DNA of 32,000 bases from Paramicrosporidium saccamoebae KSL3. Its lineage: Eukaryota > Fungi > Cryptomycota. The notes under the pieces are model-generated. The model was given only the letters and a program-made list of their open reading frames with translations. It made no database searches and was not told the origin of the DNA. Made by a program: the position numbers and the translations under genes. The stretch covers positions 110,962-142,961 of the forward strand of contig MTSL01000101.1 of assembly GCA_002794465.1 (NCBI GenBank). Reading direction: 5' to 3'. Below are positions 1-9,876 of the stretch, one piece after another. Position 1 is the stretch's first letter, and each line of letters opens with the position of its first letter.

Positions 1-2
1 TT

Positions 3-312
3 GATTTCGGAAACACCAAGATAGAGCTATTGGAGCCTTATGGGGATTCTGGGCCAATTTCAAATTTTATCAAAAAGAATCCAAAGGGTGGACTGCATCA
101 TTTTTGCTACGAAGTACATAAGAGAGATGTCTGACTTGTAGGTTGAGGACATTGCGCAGGCCGTGAAGCACCTCAAAGAGAAGGGGATCACACCTCTCAG
201 TCCGCCAAAGATTGGTGCCCATGGAAATCCCGTAGTTTTCCTACACCCCAAAGATTGTCAAGGTATATTAACTGAGCTTGAGCAAGTTGCCTCTGACAAT
301 ACTCGCAAATAG
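3..312 (+). CDS. MCEE: Methylmalonyl-CoA epimerase, 5'-truncated by the window edge; exons <3-113 and 142-312
   Basis: Missed by the ORF track. Spliced translation DFGNTKIELLEPYGDSGPISNFIKKNPKGGLHHFCYE|VEDIAQAVKHLKEKGITPLSPPKIGAHGNPVVFLHPKDCQGILTELEQV matches MCEE motifs (ELLxP, GGxHHxC, KIGAHGxPVxFLHPKD, ELEQ). The 28-nt intron 114-141 is GTACAT...CTGAC..TAG. Confidence 0.9.
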
Positions 313-315
313 TTG

Positions 316-393
316 ATAAATCTCGTGTATGAACCTCGTGGATAAACAATGTGTATAAATCTCGTGTGTGAATCTCGGGTATGAATATTGCAT
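316..393. repeat. Six degenerate 13-bp tandem units (ATRAATCTCGTGT-like) with a 39-bp higher-order period
   Basis: Units: ataaatctcgtgt / atgaacctcgtgg / ataaacaatgtgt / ataaatctcgtgt / gtgaatctcgggt / atgaatattgcat. The array starts 3 bp after the MCEE stop. Confidence 0.8.
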
Positions 394-613
394 ATAGATC
401 GCCGACCATCTCGGATAGTAGTCGCAAGTAAGCGATAACTGCCATGTATAAGCAACCTTAAAAGGATGATGAGTGGTGTAAATGGATCACAGCTAGTCGC
501 AGATAATTAAGAATCATCTCCCATCCTAGCTACTAGTCACCTTGACTTGGTTATAAATAATCCGTTGGATCGACCAGGGTAGAGTTTCTCATAGTAACCT
601 CTTCAGTGACAGA

Positions 614-2623
614 ATGAGCAAGAAGCGGCCAAGACGCCAAGAGATAGAGGCTCCCAGTGACTCTGAGGGTGAATCAAAACAGCCCCAGAATAAGGATACA
701 AGGAAGAAGGGTGCAGGATCATTCCCAACCATGGGTTTGCTGCCGCAGCTGGTCAAAGCAGTGCAAAGGAAAGGCTATCGTCTCCCCACTCCTATCCAAC
801 GCAAATGTATTCCACCGCTTTTGGAGGGACGCGATGTTGTTGGTATGGCCCGCACCGGATCCGGTAAGACGGCTGCCTTTGTCCTCCCTCTCCTCCAAAC
901 CCTGAAATGTCATTCCGTCAAAGTGGGCATCCGTGGTCTAGTCTTGTCCCCCAGCAGAGAATTGGCGATGCAGACGTTTGCCGTCGTCAAGGAGTTTTCA
1001 AAGTTTATGGACCTGCGCTCCATCGTCCTTGTGGGTGGTGATAGTGTGGATGAGCAGTTTGCTCAGTTGGCCACCAATCCGGATATTGTAATTGCCACTC
1101 CAGGAAGACTGATGCATCTGTGTGTGGAGACAAAGCTCAGTCTTAAGGAAGTACAGTTTGTGGTGTGGGATGAGGCTGACCGTCTGATGGAAGATCCTAC
1201 GATGGGGACACAAATGAGAGAGATCCATGCACGTCTCCCAGAGACCCGATTGACTGCACTGTTTTCGGCAACGCTCCCCAAAGCCTTGGCTGATTTTGCA
1301 ACAGTAGGACTGCAGAACCCATTGCTGGTGCGACTGGACACTGAGAGCAAATTGAGTACCGACCTAAAAACTTATTTTTTGCAAATCCAAAGCGAAACTA
1401 GAGACGCGGCCCTTCTCGTTCTGCTTAACAAGATTATCGTCGATCGATCGCAGTTGACGGTCATTTTTACTGCGACAAAACACCATGTAGAATATCTTCA
1501 AGAGCTGTTGAATTCTTACAATCTTCCCTGCACTTATATCTACGGTGCCCTCGATCAGACGGCCCGCAAGTTAGCCATCGATGCCTTCCGTCGTGGAACA
1601 AAGACAATTTTGATTGTAACCGATGTTGCTGCTCGCGGTATTGATATTCCCCTTCTCGATAATGTCATCAACTATGATTTCCCTGCCAGTCCAAAGCTAT
1701 TTGTTCATCGTGTTGGACGTGTTGCTCGTGCTGGACGCAGCGGACGAGCCTTTTCTCTTGTCTCCCCCGACGAAATGCCCCATCTCTTTGATTTGCAGCT
1801 TTTCCTGGGAAGAACCATTTCAAAGGCCGATATTGGCAATAACAATGATAACGGCAGTGGTAGTGACAGTGACAAGAATATCATACTGGGTATCATTCCC
1901 CAAGGCCTGATTGATGAAGAGCAAGAGTCTCTGACGATGAAGATAAGCATTAATGGAACAGTTGAGGCACTAAAGGGCGTCATGAGTAACGCATGCAAAT
2001 TATATAGAAGGACTCGTCCCGCACCGGCTCCCGAGTCGCATCGTCGTAGCAAGGAATTCACCGAGTCAAATTCTTGTCTGGGAATCCATCCTCTCTTTCA
2101 ATCTGTCATCGGCTCTTCAGAATACCAACAAGCATCCATTGTAAGTGCCCTGCAACAGTACAAGCCAAAGGTGAGCCATCTTAACTTGACCCGTCTTTCA
2201 AAGGAGGTCACCAAGAAGACTGTGCAGAAACCCACAGCCAAAACGAGCCGTGACGAAGAGCATTACCTCAAATACACCAAGGATGGAGCCCGAGACGATT
2301 CTGGCTACTCTCTCACTGGCAGCTTTGCTGAGAATGCCAGAAAGGCCATCTTTGATCTATCCGCCTCTGTTGCCGACGACCCCACCCTCCGCAAACGTCG
2401 CGAGCCTGATTCTCGTAAGAAGCTTGTGACTACCGAGTTTGGTACAAAGGTGCCGGCGTCCTTCCGCTCAGATGCATATGACAAGTGGCGTGCAAAGACC
2501 CATTTGGATATTCAGCAGCCTGGAGAGATTGAGTCTGATGCTGCGAGCTCGAGGGCAAAGTCTATACTCACAGGAAATGACGAACGGCGGAGATGGAGAA
2601 ACAAGAGGCTAGCGCGCAAATAA
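614..2623 (+). CDS. DBP10: DEAD-box RNA helicase Dbp10/DDX54 (60S biogenesis)
   Basis: Q motif (GYRLPTPIQRKCIP), ARTGSGKT, PSRELAMQ, DEAD, SAT, HRVGRVARAGR, and the C-terminal DBP10-type motif TEFGTKVPASFRSDAYDKW. A possible in-frame 33-nt intron at 2171-2203 (GTGAGC...AAG) is unproven. Confidence 0.9.
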   Translation: MSKKRPRRQEIEAPSDSEGESKQPQNKDTRKKGAGSFPTMGLLPQLVKAVQRKGYRLPTPIQRKCIPPLLEGRDVVGMARTGSGKTAAFVLPLLQTLKCHSVKVGIRGLVLSPSRELAMQTFAVVKEFSKFMDLRSIVLVGGDSVDEQFAQLATNPDIVIATPGRLMHLCVETKLSLKEVQFVVWDEADRLMEDPTMGTQMREIHARLPETRLTALFSATLPKALADFATVGLQNPLLVRLDTESKLSTDLKTYFLQIQSETRDAALLVLLNKIIVDRSQLTVIFTATKHHVEYLQELLNSYNLPCTYIYGALDQTARKLAIDAFRRGTKTILIVTDVAARGIDIPLLDNVINYDFPASPKLFVHRVGRVARAGRSGRAFSLVSPDEMPHLFDLQLFLGRTISKADIGNNNDNGSGSDSDKNIILGIIPQGLIDEEQESLTMKISINGTVEALKGVMSNACKLYRRTRPAPAPESHRRSKEFTESNSCLGIHPLFQSVIGSSEYQQASIVSALQQYKPKVSHLNLTRLSKEVTKKTVQKPTAKTSRDEEHYLKYTKDGARDDSGYSLTGSFAENARKAIFDLSASVADDPTLRKRREPDSRKKLVTTEFGTKVPASFRSDAYDKWRAKTHLDIQQPGEIESDAASSRAKSILTGNDERRRWRNKRLARK

Positions 2624-2669
2624 ACTGCTCTTTATTCATGCATTAGCATGATTCTATGTATAGGATGGG

Positions 2670-3350
2670 TCACCTTTTTCTTGGTGGAAACATTTTTGTC
2701 ACTGGCTGGTTGCTTGTCCGCATGTGTCTGGCTACCTCTGTCTTGGCCTTTTTCATCAAACTGGAGCTCGCACTAACTGATGCAAAAGGGTCGGCCTTGG
2801 TCATTGTTGCTGCTCTCCCCCCAATGACACTGACATTTCGTCTTGGTCCGATCAGCTTGGAAGAGTGGACCAATGCCCGACGTTCCTCGTAATTCTCACG
2901 AATCCGACTTCCCAACCCCTCAATATGCAATTCATGCAGTTTGAGGAGTTGTCGGTAATAGACTCGCCACGGAGTCGCATCCTGAGTTGGAGAGACGGGC
3001 AGCTGAGCAGACAACGCATAGCATAGGCGTGACCATGCAGGTGCTGTCATTGCCATGAGGCTTGGGTAATGCTCCTCGATGGAAATCAGGCTGTCTGCTG
3101 TTAGGCGTGCAGATACCTTTGGAACCAATTCCAGTAACAGATGCCTCGGTAGTGCAGTCACTATGGCCTCTAACCTGGCCGGGTGCTGCAGCTGCATCCT
3201 TTTCATCGCCTCATCCCAAAGTGTCGTCGGCGCACCGGTGGAGAGAGTGTCCCCGGCGATGGCGACCGGTGTGGTAGTGCTACGACGGGAGCTGGTGCCA
3301 AGGACCAGCATACGCGGCCGTCGCGTCCCAGGCTGCACACTATCCATCAA
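2670..3350 (-). CDS. ELA1: Elongin A-like protein (BC-box and Elongin A domain)
   Basis: PTTLWDEAMKRM...LTADSLISIEEHYPSL...AWSRLC...WRVYYRQL...GLGSRIRENYE follows the Elongin A pattern (BC-box, QLxxIE, LW++xC, WRxxY, RLxxLxxxI). Confidence 0.65.
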   Translation of the reverse strand: MMDSVQPGTRRPRMLVLGTSSRRSTTTPVAIAGDTLSTGAPTTLWDEAMKRMQLQHPARLEAIVTALPRHLLLELVPKVSARLTADSLISIEEHYPSLMAMTAPAWSRLCYALSAQLPVSPTQDATPWRVYYRQLLKLHELHIEGLGSRIRENYEERRALVHSSKLIGPRRNVSVIGGRAATMTKADPFASVSASSSLMKKAKTEVARHMRTSNQPVTKMFPPRKR

Positions 3351-3439
3351 CGGAATGACTGTTTGACGACAGCAAGAGCTAGCGACGGTGATTGGCGGAC
3401 CACCTAATTGGGGAAGAAACAGCCAATGACAACGGTTTA

Positions 3440-4523
3440 TTAGACACCAACATGTTCATGGGGAGCCGTAACCAGTTTTCCCTCAGTTATGGTGGTGAAG
3501 AATTGCTCAGGAACAGCCATTTCTGTAAAATCATTTGCCTCGTCTCCAGTCAGAGACGGATTCAAGAGGCCGGCGGGGGTGAGAATGTTAATCTCGGAGC
3601 ATTTAGAGGTCACAACTTTGACGCCCAAGCTAGGGGCAGAGATGAACACTTGTACTGCCTCGCAGCCATCAAGCACAACTACGTGTACTTCGCCAGTTAA
3701 AAAGAGACGCACCTTGGTGCAACCTAGTAGTTCGATAGAGGAGACGACATCGCCAACTTCCAGATCGAGTTGCTGACATTTGTCTGCTAGCACGGCATTG
3801 ATTTTTCCATTCACCTTTATGGCAATCTTTTTTGAATCTTCAATGGCCACTGCTTGATTCAGCGCCTCTGGGGTGATAACGATGGGCTCAGCAAGGTTGG
3901 AGGCTTTTCTGACATACCAGCGATTTCCGTCTAGCTGAACAGTCTCTTGGGGGGTGCTCTCAATCACCACCACCTCTTCTTCCGTCGCGGGGATCTCCGT
4001 CTTGGACTCGACGGGACACTTTGATTTAGTGATGCCCGTCACAAGAGCGCTCATCGAGTTGGCCCATTCCGTATTATTTTCGTCATTACTGTCAAAGGTC
4101 AGCGAGACCACACAATGGATACCTTTCCTTGGCATCTTTCTTGATTCGGTTCAGATAGTATTGGGCAGAGTCCTGGTTGGTGGCCAAATACTCCGCCGCG
4201 TCCTGGGGCACCAGATGGACTGCAAAGACGGATAGGGTAGCGCCGATAGCCTCCATGTGCTGTGAGAAGGGCACACTGGAACGGTCCATTTTTACCGTCT
4301 CAAGTGCAGAGAATAGCTTAGCAAAGTCGTCTTGGGTGGCCTTGTCGCCACGTTTAAACAACTGATAGGCGTCTCTCAGGAATCCCGTCTACAATTAATG
4401 AAACCATTGGGATACCGCTTTGAGAAGCTTGTCGTTGGAGAACTTGACAGTGGCTGCACCCACCGCCTTGATAAGCGGGTCCAATTCGCTACTGGATGAT
4501 TTACCTGGTCCGTAGGGTGACAT
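3440..4523 (-). CDS. SRV2: Adenylyl cyclase-associated protein (CAP/Srv2), 340 aa; exons 4523-4416, 4388-4123, 4088-3440
   Basis: Helical-folded-domain motifs (QHMEAI, DSAQYYLNRIKKD, TEW) and a C-terminal CARP beta-helix (KVNGKINAVLADKC, VVTSKCSEINI, MAVPEQF). Introns of 27 nt (4389-4415) and 34 nt (4089-4122) restore the frame. Confidence 0.9.
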
Positions 4524-4860
4524 TAGTGGCGGATGTTATGATACTCTTGACTTAATTAATTTGCGAAATTTGTAATAAATGCGAGACTGTAAATATGGAC
4601 CAGAAGTTCCAATCGAGACCTTGGTGAGGGCTTTTGGTCCGTATAAAGGTTAAACTAAGAGGGTGTTGGGATGGATAGCAAAGACTAATTTGTTAAGAAG
4701 CGAAGAATCAATAGACAATCACTCTCAACATGACAGATCTGATTTTTGGAGTTGCTGTCCGGACTCTAGGACCACCAATCAGAAGCAGTCTTTCCATAGA
4801 GTTCCTCACGCCAATCATCAATCCAACACATTACAAAAATATTATTTCACAGAAGCAACA

Positions 4861-5456
4861 ATGCCCAAGGCTTTAGTACTTATCGCAGATGGAAGTGAGG
4901 AGATTGAAGCAGTCACTGTTGTCGATGTCTTGAGAAGGGCAGATGTCAATGTTACTTTGGCTGCAGTCAAAGACAATCTGCAAGTGCATTGCAGTCGACA
5001 TGTTGTCATCCTGGCCGACGAGTTGCTTGCAAATATTCCCGACGCATCGGCCATGTTTGACGCAATTATTATTCCCGGAGGAATCAATGGTGCGAAAATC
5101 CTCTCCAACGTACAGCATTATCCGGCTATATTGTGTAGGATGCAACTGTTAAGCGCGTGCTCATGGAATTTGAAAATTCCAACAAATGGATTGCCGCAAT
5201 GTGTGCCGGTCCAACCGTACTGCATGCAGCGGATATTGGAAAGGGAAAGCGTGCCACCTCCTATCCGCTGTTCAAGAGCCGTGTGGAGGGACACTTTGAG
5301 TATCAGGAGGAAGATGTGGTGGTGCATGGAAAACTGATCACCAGTCGAGGGCCGGCCACAGCAATGCTATGGGCTGTTATAATTGCAAAAGAACTCTGCG
5401 GGGTGGAAAAGGCCAAGGAGGTCTCCATGCAGATGTTATTCAAAACTCCATGGTAG
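4861..5456 (+). CDS. DJ-1: DJ-1/PfpI family protein (DJ-1/YajL type), 188 aa; exons 4861-5109 and 5139-5456
   Basis: ALVLIADGSEEIEAVTVVDVLRRA, IIIPGG, nucleophile elbow AAMCAGP, and LITSRGPATA. The 29-nt intron is GTACAG...TAG. Confidence 0.92.
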
Positions 5457-5558
5457 TCGCCATCTATGTGAGTATGAGATGGGATATCTATGGGCCAGAG
5501 ATTTAAATAAATGGCCTAAAGGACAGTAGCTACGTGTGATTGATGGTTGCAATCCGGA

Positions 5559-5871
5559 TGTGACGTAGCGGGCTGATTAGCTTGTTCGCTAGCAATAATC
5601 AATGGAGTAAGACACGGAAAGCGGAAGGAGCTCAATGGAATGAGGCAGATCGAATTGGAGGGCCTATAAAAGGGTTTCCAAATAGGCAATGGAGGGGCAC
5701 CCTTCCTGTCGCGTAGTGGGGAGAAATCACGACCCAAGTCATGCGGAAACCTGTTCACTGCTAATCCTAGAATGGTATGGATACACATCTCACTGTCCTC
5801 AAATACCCATCAAAGCGATCCACTCCAGCACACAAATACCCAACTAATCAACCCTCTGCCTCTACGTCACA
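5559..5871 (+). mobile_element. Dispersed repeat copy 1: 313-bp element with a perfect 10-bp terminal inverted repeat (MITE-like or solo-LTR-like)
   Basis: TGTGACGTAG at 5559-5568 and CTACGTCACA at 5862-5871. Positions 5752-5798 match 17504-17550 at 43/47 nt, and 5740-5765 match the reverse complement of 21796-21821 at 23/26 nt. TATAAAA at 5665. No target-site duplication seen. Confidence 0.55.
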
Positions 5872-5971
5872 TTCCTACCCCGTTGGTTAGTAGTAGCGAG
5901 ACGCATGATATCATACTCAACTTTCAGTCCACTTAAACAGGGTCTTTACTACAAACCTCGCAATGTCTATT

Positions 5972-6927
5972 CTATTGTCTTTGCTCCTCCGTATCTGTAC
6001 TTGCTTGCGTATCAGTGTCCTGTTCACCCGCATCGATGGATAAATCTTTGACTAATTTTGCAAGCTGCTCCTCTTTGTGTTTTTCTTCTGAAGCCTTTCG
6101 TTCCGCTACACGCCTTTCAAAGTCGGGTCGGTATTCGTCATCATACTCTGCAACAGCCTCGTCCAGCTTCTCAAAGAACTCATCCATGCCTTCGCCTGTA
6201 AATGCTGACACGGCTGCCACCCTCAGCGTCTTGTAAAACTCTTCCAGCACCAAGCTCATTGACTGAACCAGCGAGTTCATGTACGATTCTTCCTGTAAGG
6301 CCTCTTGAAAGGTAAGCACATCCTGCATCCATTCGATCATAGTGTCGGCAGGCTCCATATCCGTTTTGTTAAAGACGAGGACCATTGGAAGCCGCGTCTT
6401 ATACATGATGCTGCATGCATAGAGCATATTTGACATGAATGTAGCCGGACGGACACATCGCGGCGTATCGACAATATAGACAACGACGGTGGGATGTTGT
6501 GCTGCCAGCGTCTCTGTGATTATCGCTCCGCTGGCGGACCATGTGAATAGCTCAATCTGGCCTGGCGTGTCCACTAGAATATGCTTTTCTGTACGTTTCT
6601 CAACCAGCTCCAACACTTGGTCAAAACGGGTGGTAAAGAGATTCAGTGAGGTCAAGATGCCGCCGTTGGGACCAAGTTTGTATTGCTGCATCACTTCTTT
6701 GTAGTTTACTGTGTCGCGGATGTCGATATTTGCAGTATAGGGCAGCTCGAGGACTGCCGGGTCCAGGTTAATGACATATGGCGTGGTTCCATCAGCGTGC
6801 AAATCTGCATTTAAACGCTGAACAGTCAGCAACAAGAAAGGCGGCTTACCTGCATAATCGTAGTCTTTCCTGAACCGGCCATGCCAATACACAGCATGAC
6901 TATCGGCTTGCTGGAAGGTTCCGTCAT
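5972..6927 (-). CDS. GPN1: GPN-loop GTPase 1 (Npa3/XAB1), 307 aa; exons 6927-6850 and 6817-5972
   Basis: [11 protein letters not shown]-loop in exon 1, [36 protein letters not shown] and NKTD. The 32-nt intron is GTAAGC...GCTGAC..CAG. Confidence 0.95.
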
Positions 6928-7062
6928 TTTCCTGCCAAACTGGGGTCGGCAGTCTGCTAGACGGATTCTATAGCCAACGAGTTCTCTCTAATAGTAGTAA
7001 ATGTCGTGCAGTGAATGCGTTTATTATAGTCTCAATTGACAGTAGAACCTAGACATCCGTAT

Positions 7063-7588
<526 letters not shown>

Positions 7589-7750
7589 TCAAGGATTTTT
7601 CCCGACCAGGGTTTTCGTGTCTTATACCCGAAATTTAATTATTGTTTATGCGAGCTGGGGTTAGTTAGGTTAAGTTGGGTACGAGTGAGACCCCATTATT
7701 GAGATCTACGGCAGGATATATAGAATGGCTAAATGGAAAGTATAAAGTAA

Positions 7751-8062
7751 GGACCCTGCCAAGAAGTCGAAAGCGAAGAACTTATTGTCAATGATAACGA
7801 AGTCACTGAAAGCAATAGTGATGACAATGCTATTAGTCAGAATGACGCCACTACTACCTTCAGTGACGACGACGTCACCAGTCAGAACGGCGTCACTACC
7901 ACCGTCAGTAACGACGCTGACGAAGCAAATAGAACCATCAGTGCTGACGATCTCCCTGAGAACCCAGATAATGCAACCGACAGTAACGAGGAATACGAGA
8001 ATTGTGAAGAACACGATCAAACTCAAAATGAGCCCTACCCCACCGCCAATCAGAGCGCATAA
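7751..8062 (+). other. Open frame for an acidic N/D/E/T-rich low-complexity peptide with no identifiable start codon
   Basis: About 100 stop-free codons (EVESEELIVNDNEVTESNSDDNAISQNDATTTFSDDDVTSQNGVTTTVSND...). I found no in-frame ATG and no splice path that supplies one. Confidence 0.3.
7835..7924. repeat. 45-bp tandem duplication (two units, in frame)
   Basis: agtcagaatgacgccactactaccttcagtgacgacgacgtcacc / agtcagaacggcgtcactaccaccgtcagtaacgacgctgacgaa. Confidence 0.75.
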
Positions 8063-8205
8063 CAAAGTTCAAGGGCACCTTCAAAGGGCTACTCGCACAC
8101 AATCACCCCTCGAAGACCGGAAATCCAGATTCTGACGAACCTACAACTGCTGCAGCATTGCAAGGACACGGTTGCGGCAGAGATGGCAGCTGCGGGGATG
8201 AGGAA

Positions 8206-9155
8206 TCAATTGGTGGTACATGCACTGAATGATAGTAACAAGAGCCGATCTCTTGGGCATTCGGTGACTCGTCCCGGTCTATACCAGAGGTTCAGGTGCA
8301 ACTCTCCGAAGGGTCTGAGTTCCACGCCTTCTGCGTTCACTCCTTCTTCCCGTGGGCGTTTAAGGGCATCCCGGATCCACGGATCTGTAGAATGTTCTTG
8401 CCTGAGAAAAACACAGAGAGCCTTGGCAAATTTTTTGCTAAGGCGACTCACAGCATCCAATGTCAAATCCTGCCGAATCACCGGATCAAGCATTTCATGT
8501 TTCCAAAGGTACCGCACCGTTTCAAACTCACAGCCTGCCTGACAAACCACCTTCTACAACTTTCGGCATCAGCTGAGTTGACAAGAAGCAAAATGATGGC
8601 ACGATCAAAAAAATCACAAGTGTTCCTGACTGTGATCCCGGAGAGACACTCGACCTTAAACTCTTCGTAGTCAAGCCACTGCCGTTGGTACGGACGGCTG
8701 GAAAACACTCGCTGGAGAGGCAACAGGCGCAGATGGTGGGCGTGGGATGCATTTATTCCTCCATAGCGGTTGACGGCAATCTATGGATATGAACATGACA
8801 AGTCAACTGCATACGGATTGAAACCGAGCAAAGGTTGTAGCCTCGTCCCATGCGCCATCCGGGCACATGTTAGCACATCGCCGCGCAAACTTTCTTCTAC
8901 GGTGGTAGTTCCAGGCGCAGCGAGCCAACAAGAGTATAAGGACAAGGGTGACCACTCCAGCACCAGATTGAAAGCCCCATCCTGTAGTCCACGCTGCGAC
9001 AACCGAGCCGAAAAAACCGCAATGAGATGTATTCCCAGGCCCAAGAGTGCTCTCCACTTACCGTTTCCGTGAAACGTCCCAAAGTCAACCAGGCACGCAT
9101 ATAAACCGAAGAAGACAGAAGATATGATGCCAGCGATAACGAAAACAGTGTCCAT
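8206..9155 (-). CDS. Putative orphan membrane protein of about 257 aa; proposed exons 9155-9062, 8981-8815, 8780-8532, 8469-8206
   Basis: Joining via GT-AG introns of 80 (or 68), 34 and 62 nt gives one continuous frame with two N-terminal hydrophobic segments (VFVIAGIISSVFFGLYACLV; AGVVTLVLILLLA followed by HRRRK). Only the 34-nt intron (8781-8814) is typical in size. No family recognised. Confidence 0.4.
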
Positions 9156-9876
9156 GCTGTGTTTGAGCCGCAAAGACTTGTGGGTATCTATAGGAGTCGC
9201 TCGACGCGCGAGCTTATGACTCTGCTCGACATGGAGAGTTGCCAATTGGGGCGTTTTTCGCGTAAATGCCCAAATGCGGCAATTCGAGGAAGCTAAACAG
9301 ACTTGTCCTCAGCAGGGGAGTCATTTAATAAGTTAAAGATTCGCCAATATCCCACTGCAGTCGAGAGAAAATGGCATTACATGCGGTACTATATTTACTG
9401 CTGCAATGGGCTGAAGGGCCGCACGGAGTTTAGACATGTTGTAAAATAGAATCCCTGCATTCCATCGTGCTCCAAGGGAGGAGATGCTGCAGAATGAGGG
9501 ACTTGTCAAACAGGAAAATGAAGCAAAATGTGGGCCTTTGATTAGGAATATAGCTGTATTTCTTTGTTGTAGCAGGGCACTGGTATCAAATCTCCATGAC
9601 TTGTTTGGCATGCGAATACAGATGCATTGGCAGGTATTATACAACAAAATAAAATATTCGCTAGCACTTGGAGATTTGTCATTTTGAGTGTCGCTACCTA
9701 AGTGCATCCTACTTTTTAATATGCTCAACATTTCCGTTTCACTATAACAGGTTTACTTCAAGCACTACGACTCTAAGACAGCCATCAGGCTCCTCGCCCA
9801 TATACCAACTCTTACAGTGTATGTCATCTTTCTCTCTTTCTTTATATCCCTCTTCCTCTCTTTCGTTCCTTAGTTA

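Noticed and set aside
4663-4860. N-terminal extension of DJ-1 in the ORF track
   Set aside because: It starts at a non-ATG codon in the divergent promoter, while homology begins at ATG 4861.
5547-5562. 15/16 match to U1 snRNA stem-loop II (TTGCAaTCCGGATGTG)
   Set aside because: There is no 5' ATACTTACC, the closing stem cannot form, and no Sm site follows. It overlaps the repeat terminus and is most likely chance.
7655-7681. Telomere-like GGGGTTAGTTAGGTTAAGTTGGG
   Set aside because: Only 3-4 imperfect units lie in a promoter. The AGTTGGGTA match to the 29-bp unit is too short to count as another copy.
8060-8062. Stop-codon reassignment or readthrough at TAA joining 7751-8062 to the 8183-8542 ORF
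   Set aside because: TAA, TAG and TGA all terminate well-conserved genes here, and the downstream frame does not look protein-like.
7706-8065. Hydrophobic 119-aa minus-strand ORF as a membrane protein
   Set aside because: F/V/I richness is what the complement of an N/D/E-rich frame produces, and it starts at a non-ATG codon. Not fully excluded.
8781-9245. DHHC palmitoyltransferase guess for the Cys-containing membrane ORF
   Set aside because: There is no DHHC motif in any frame.
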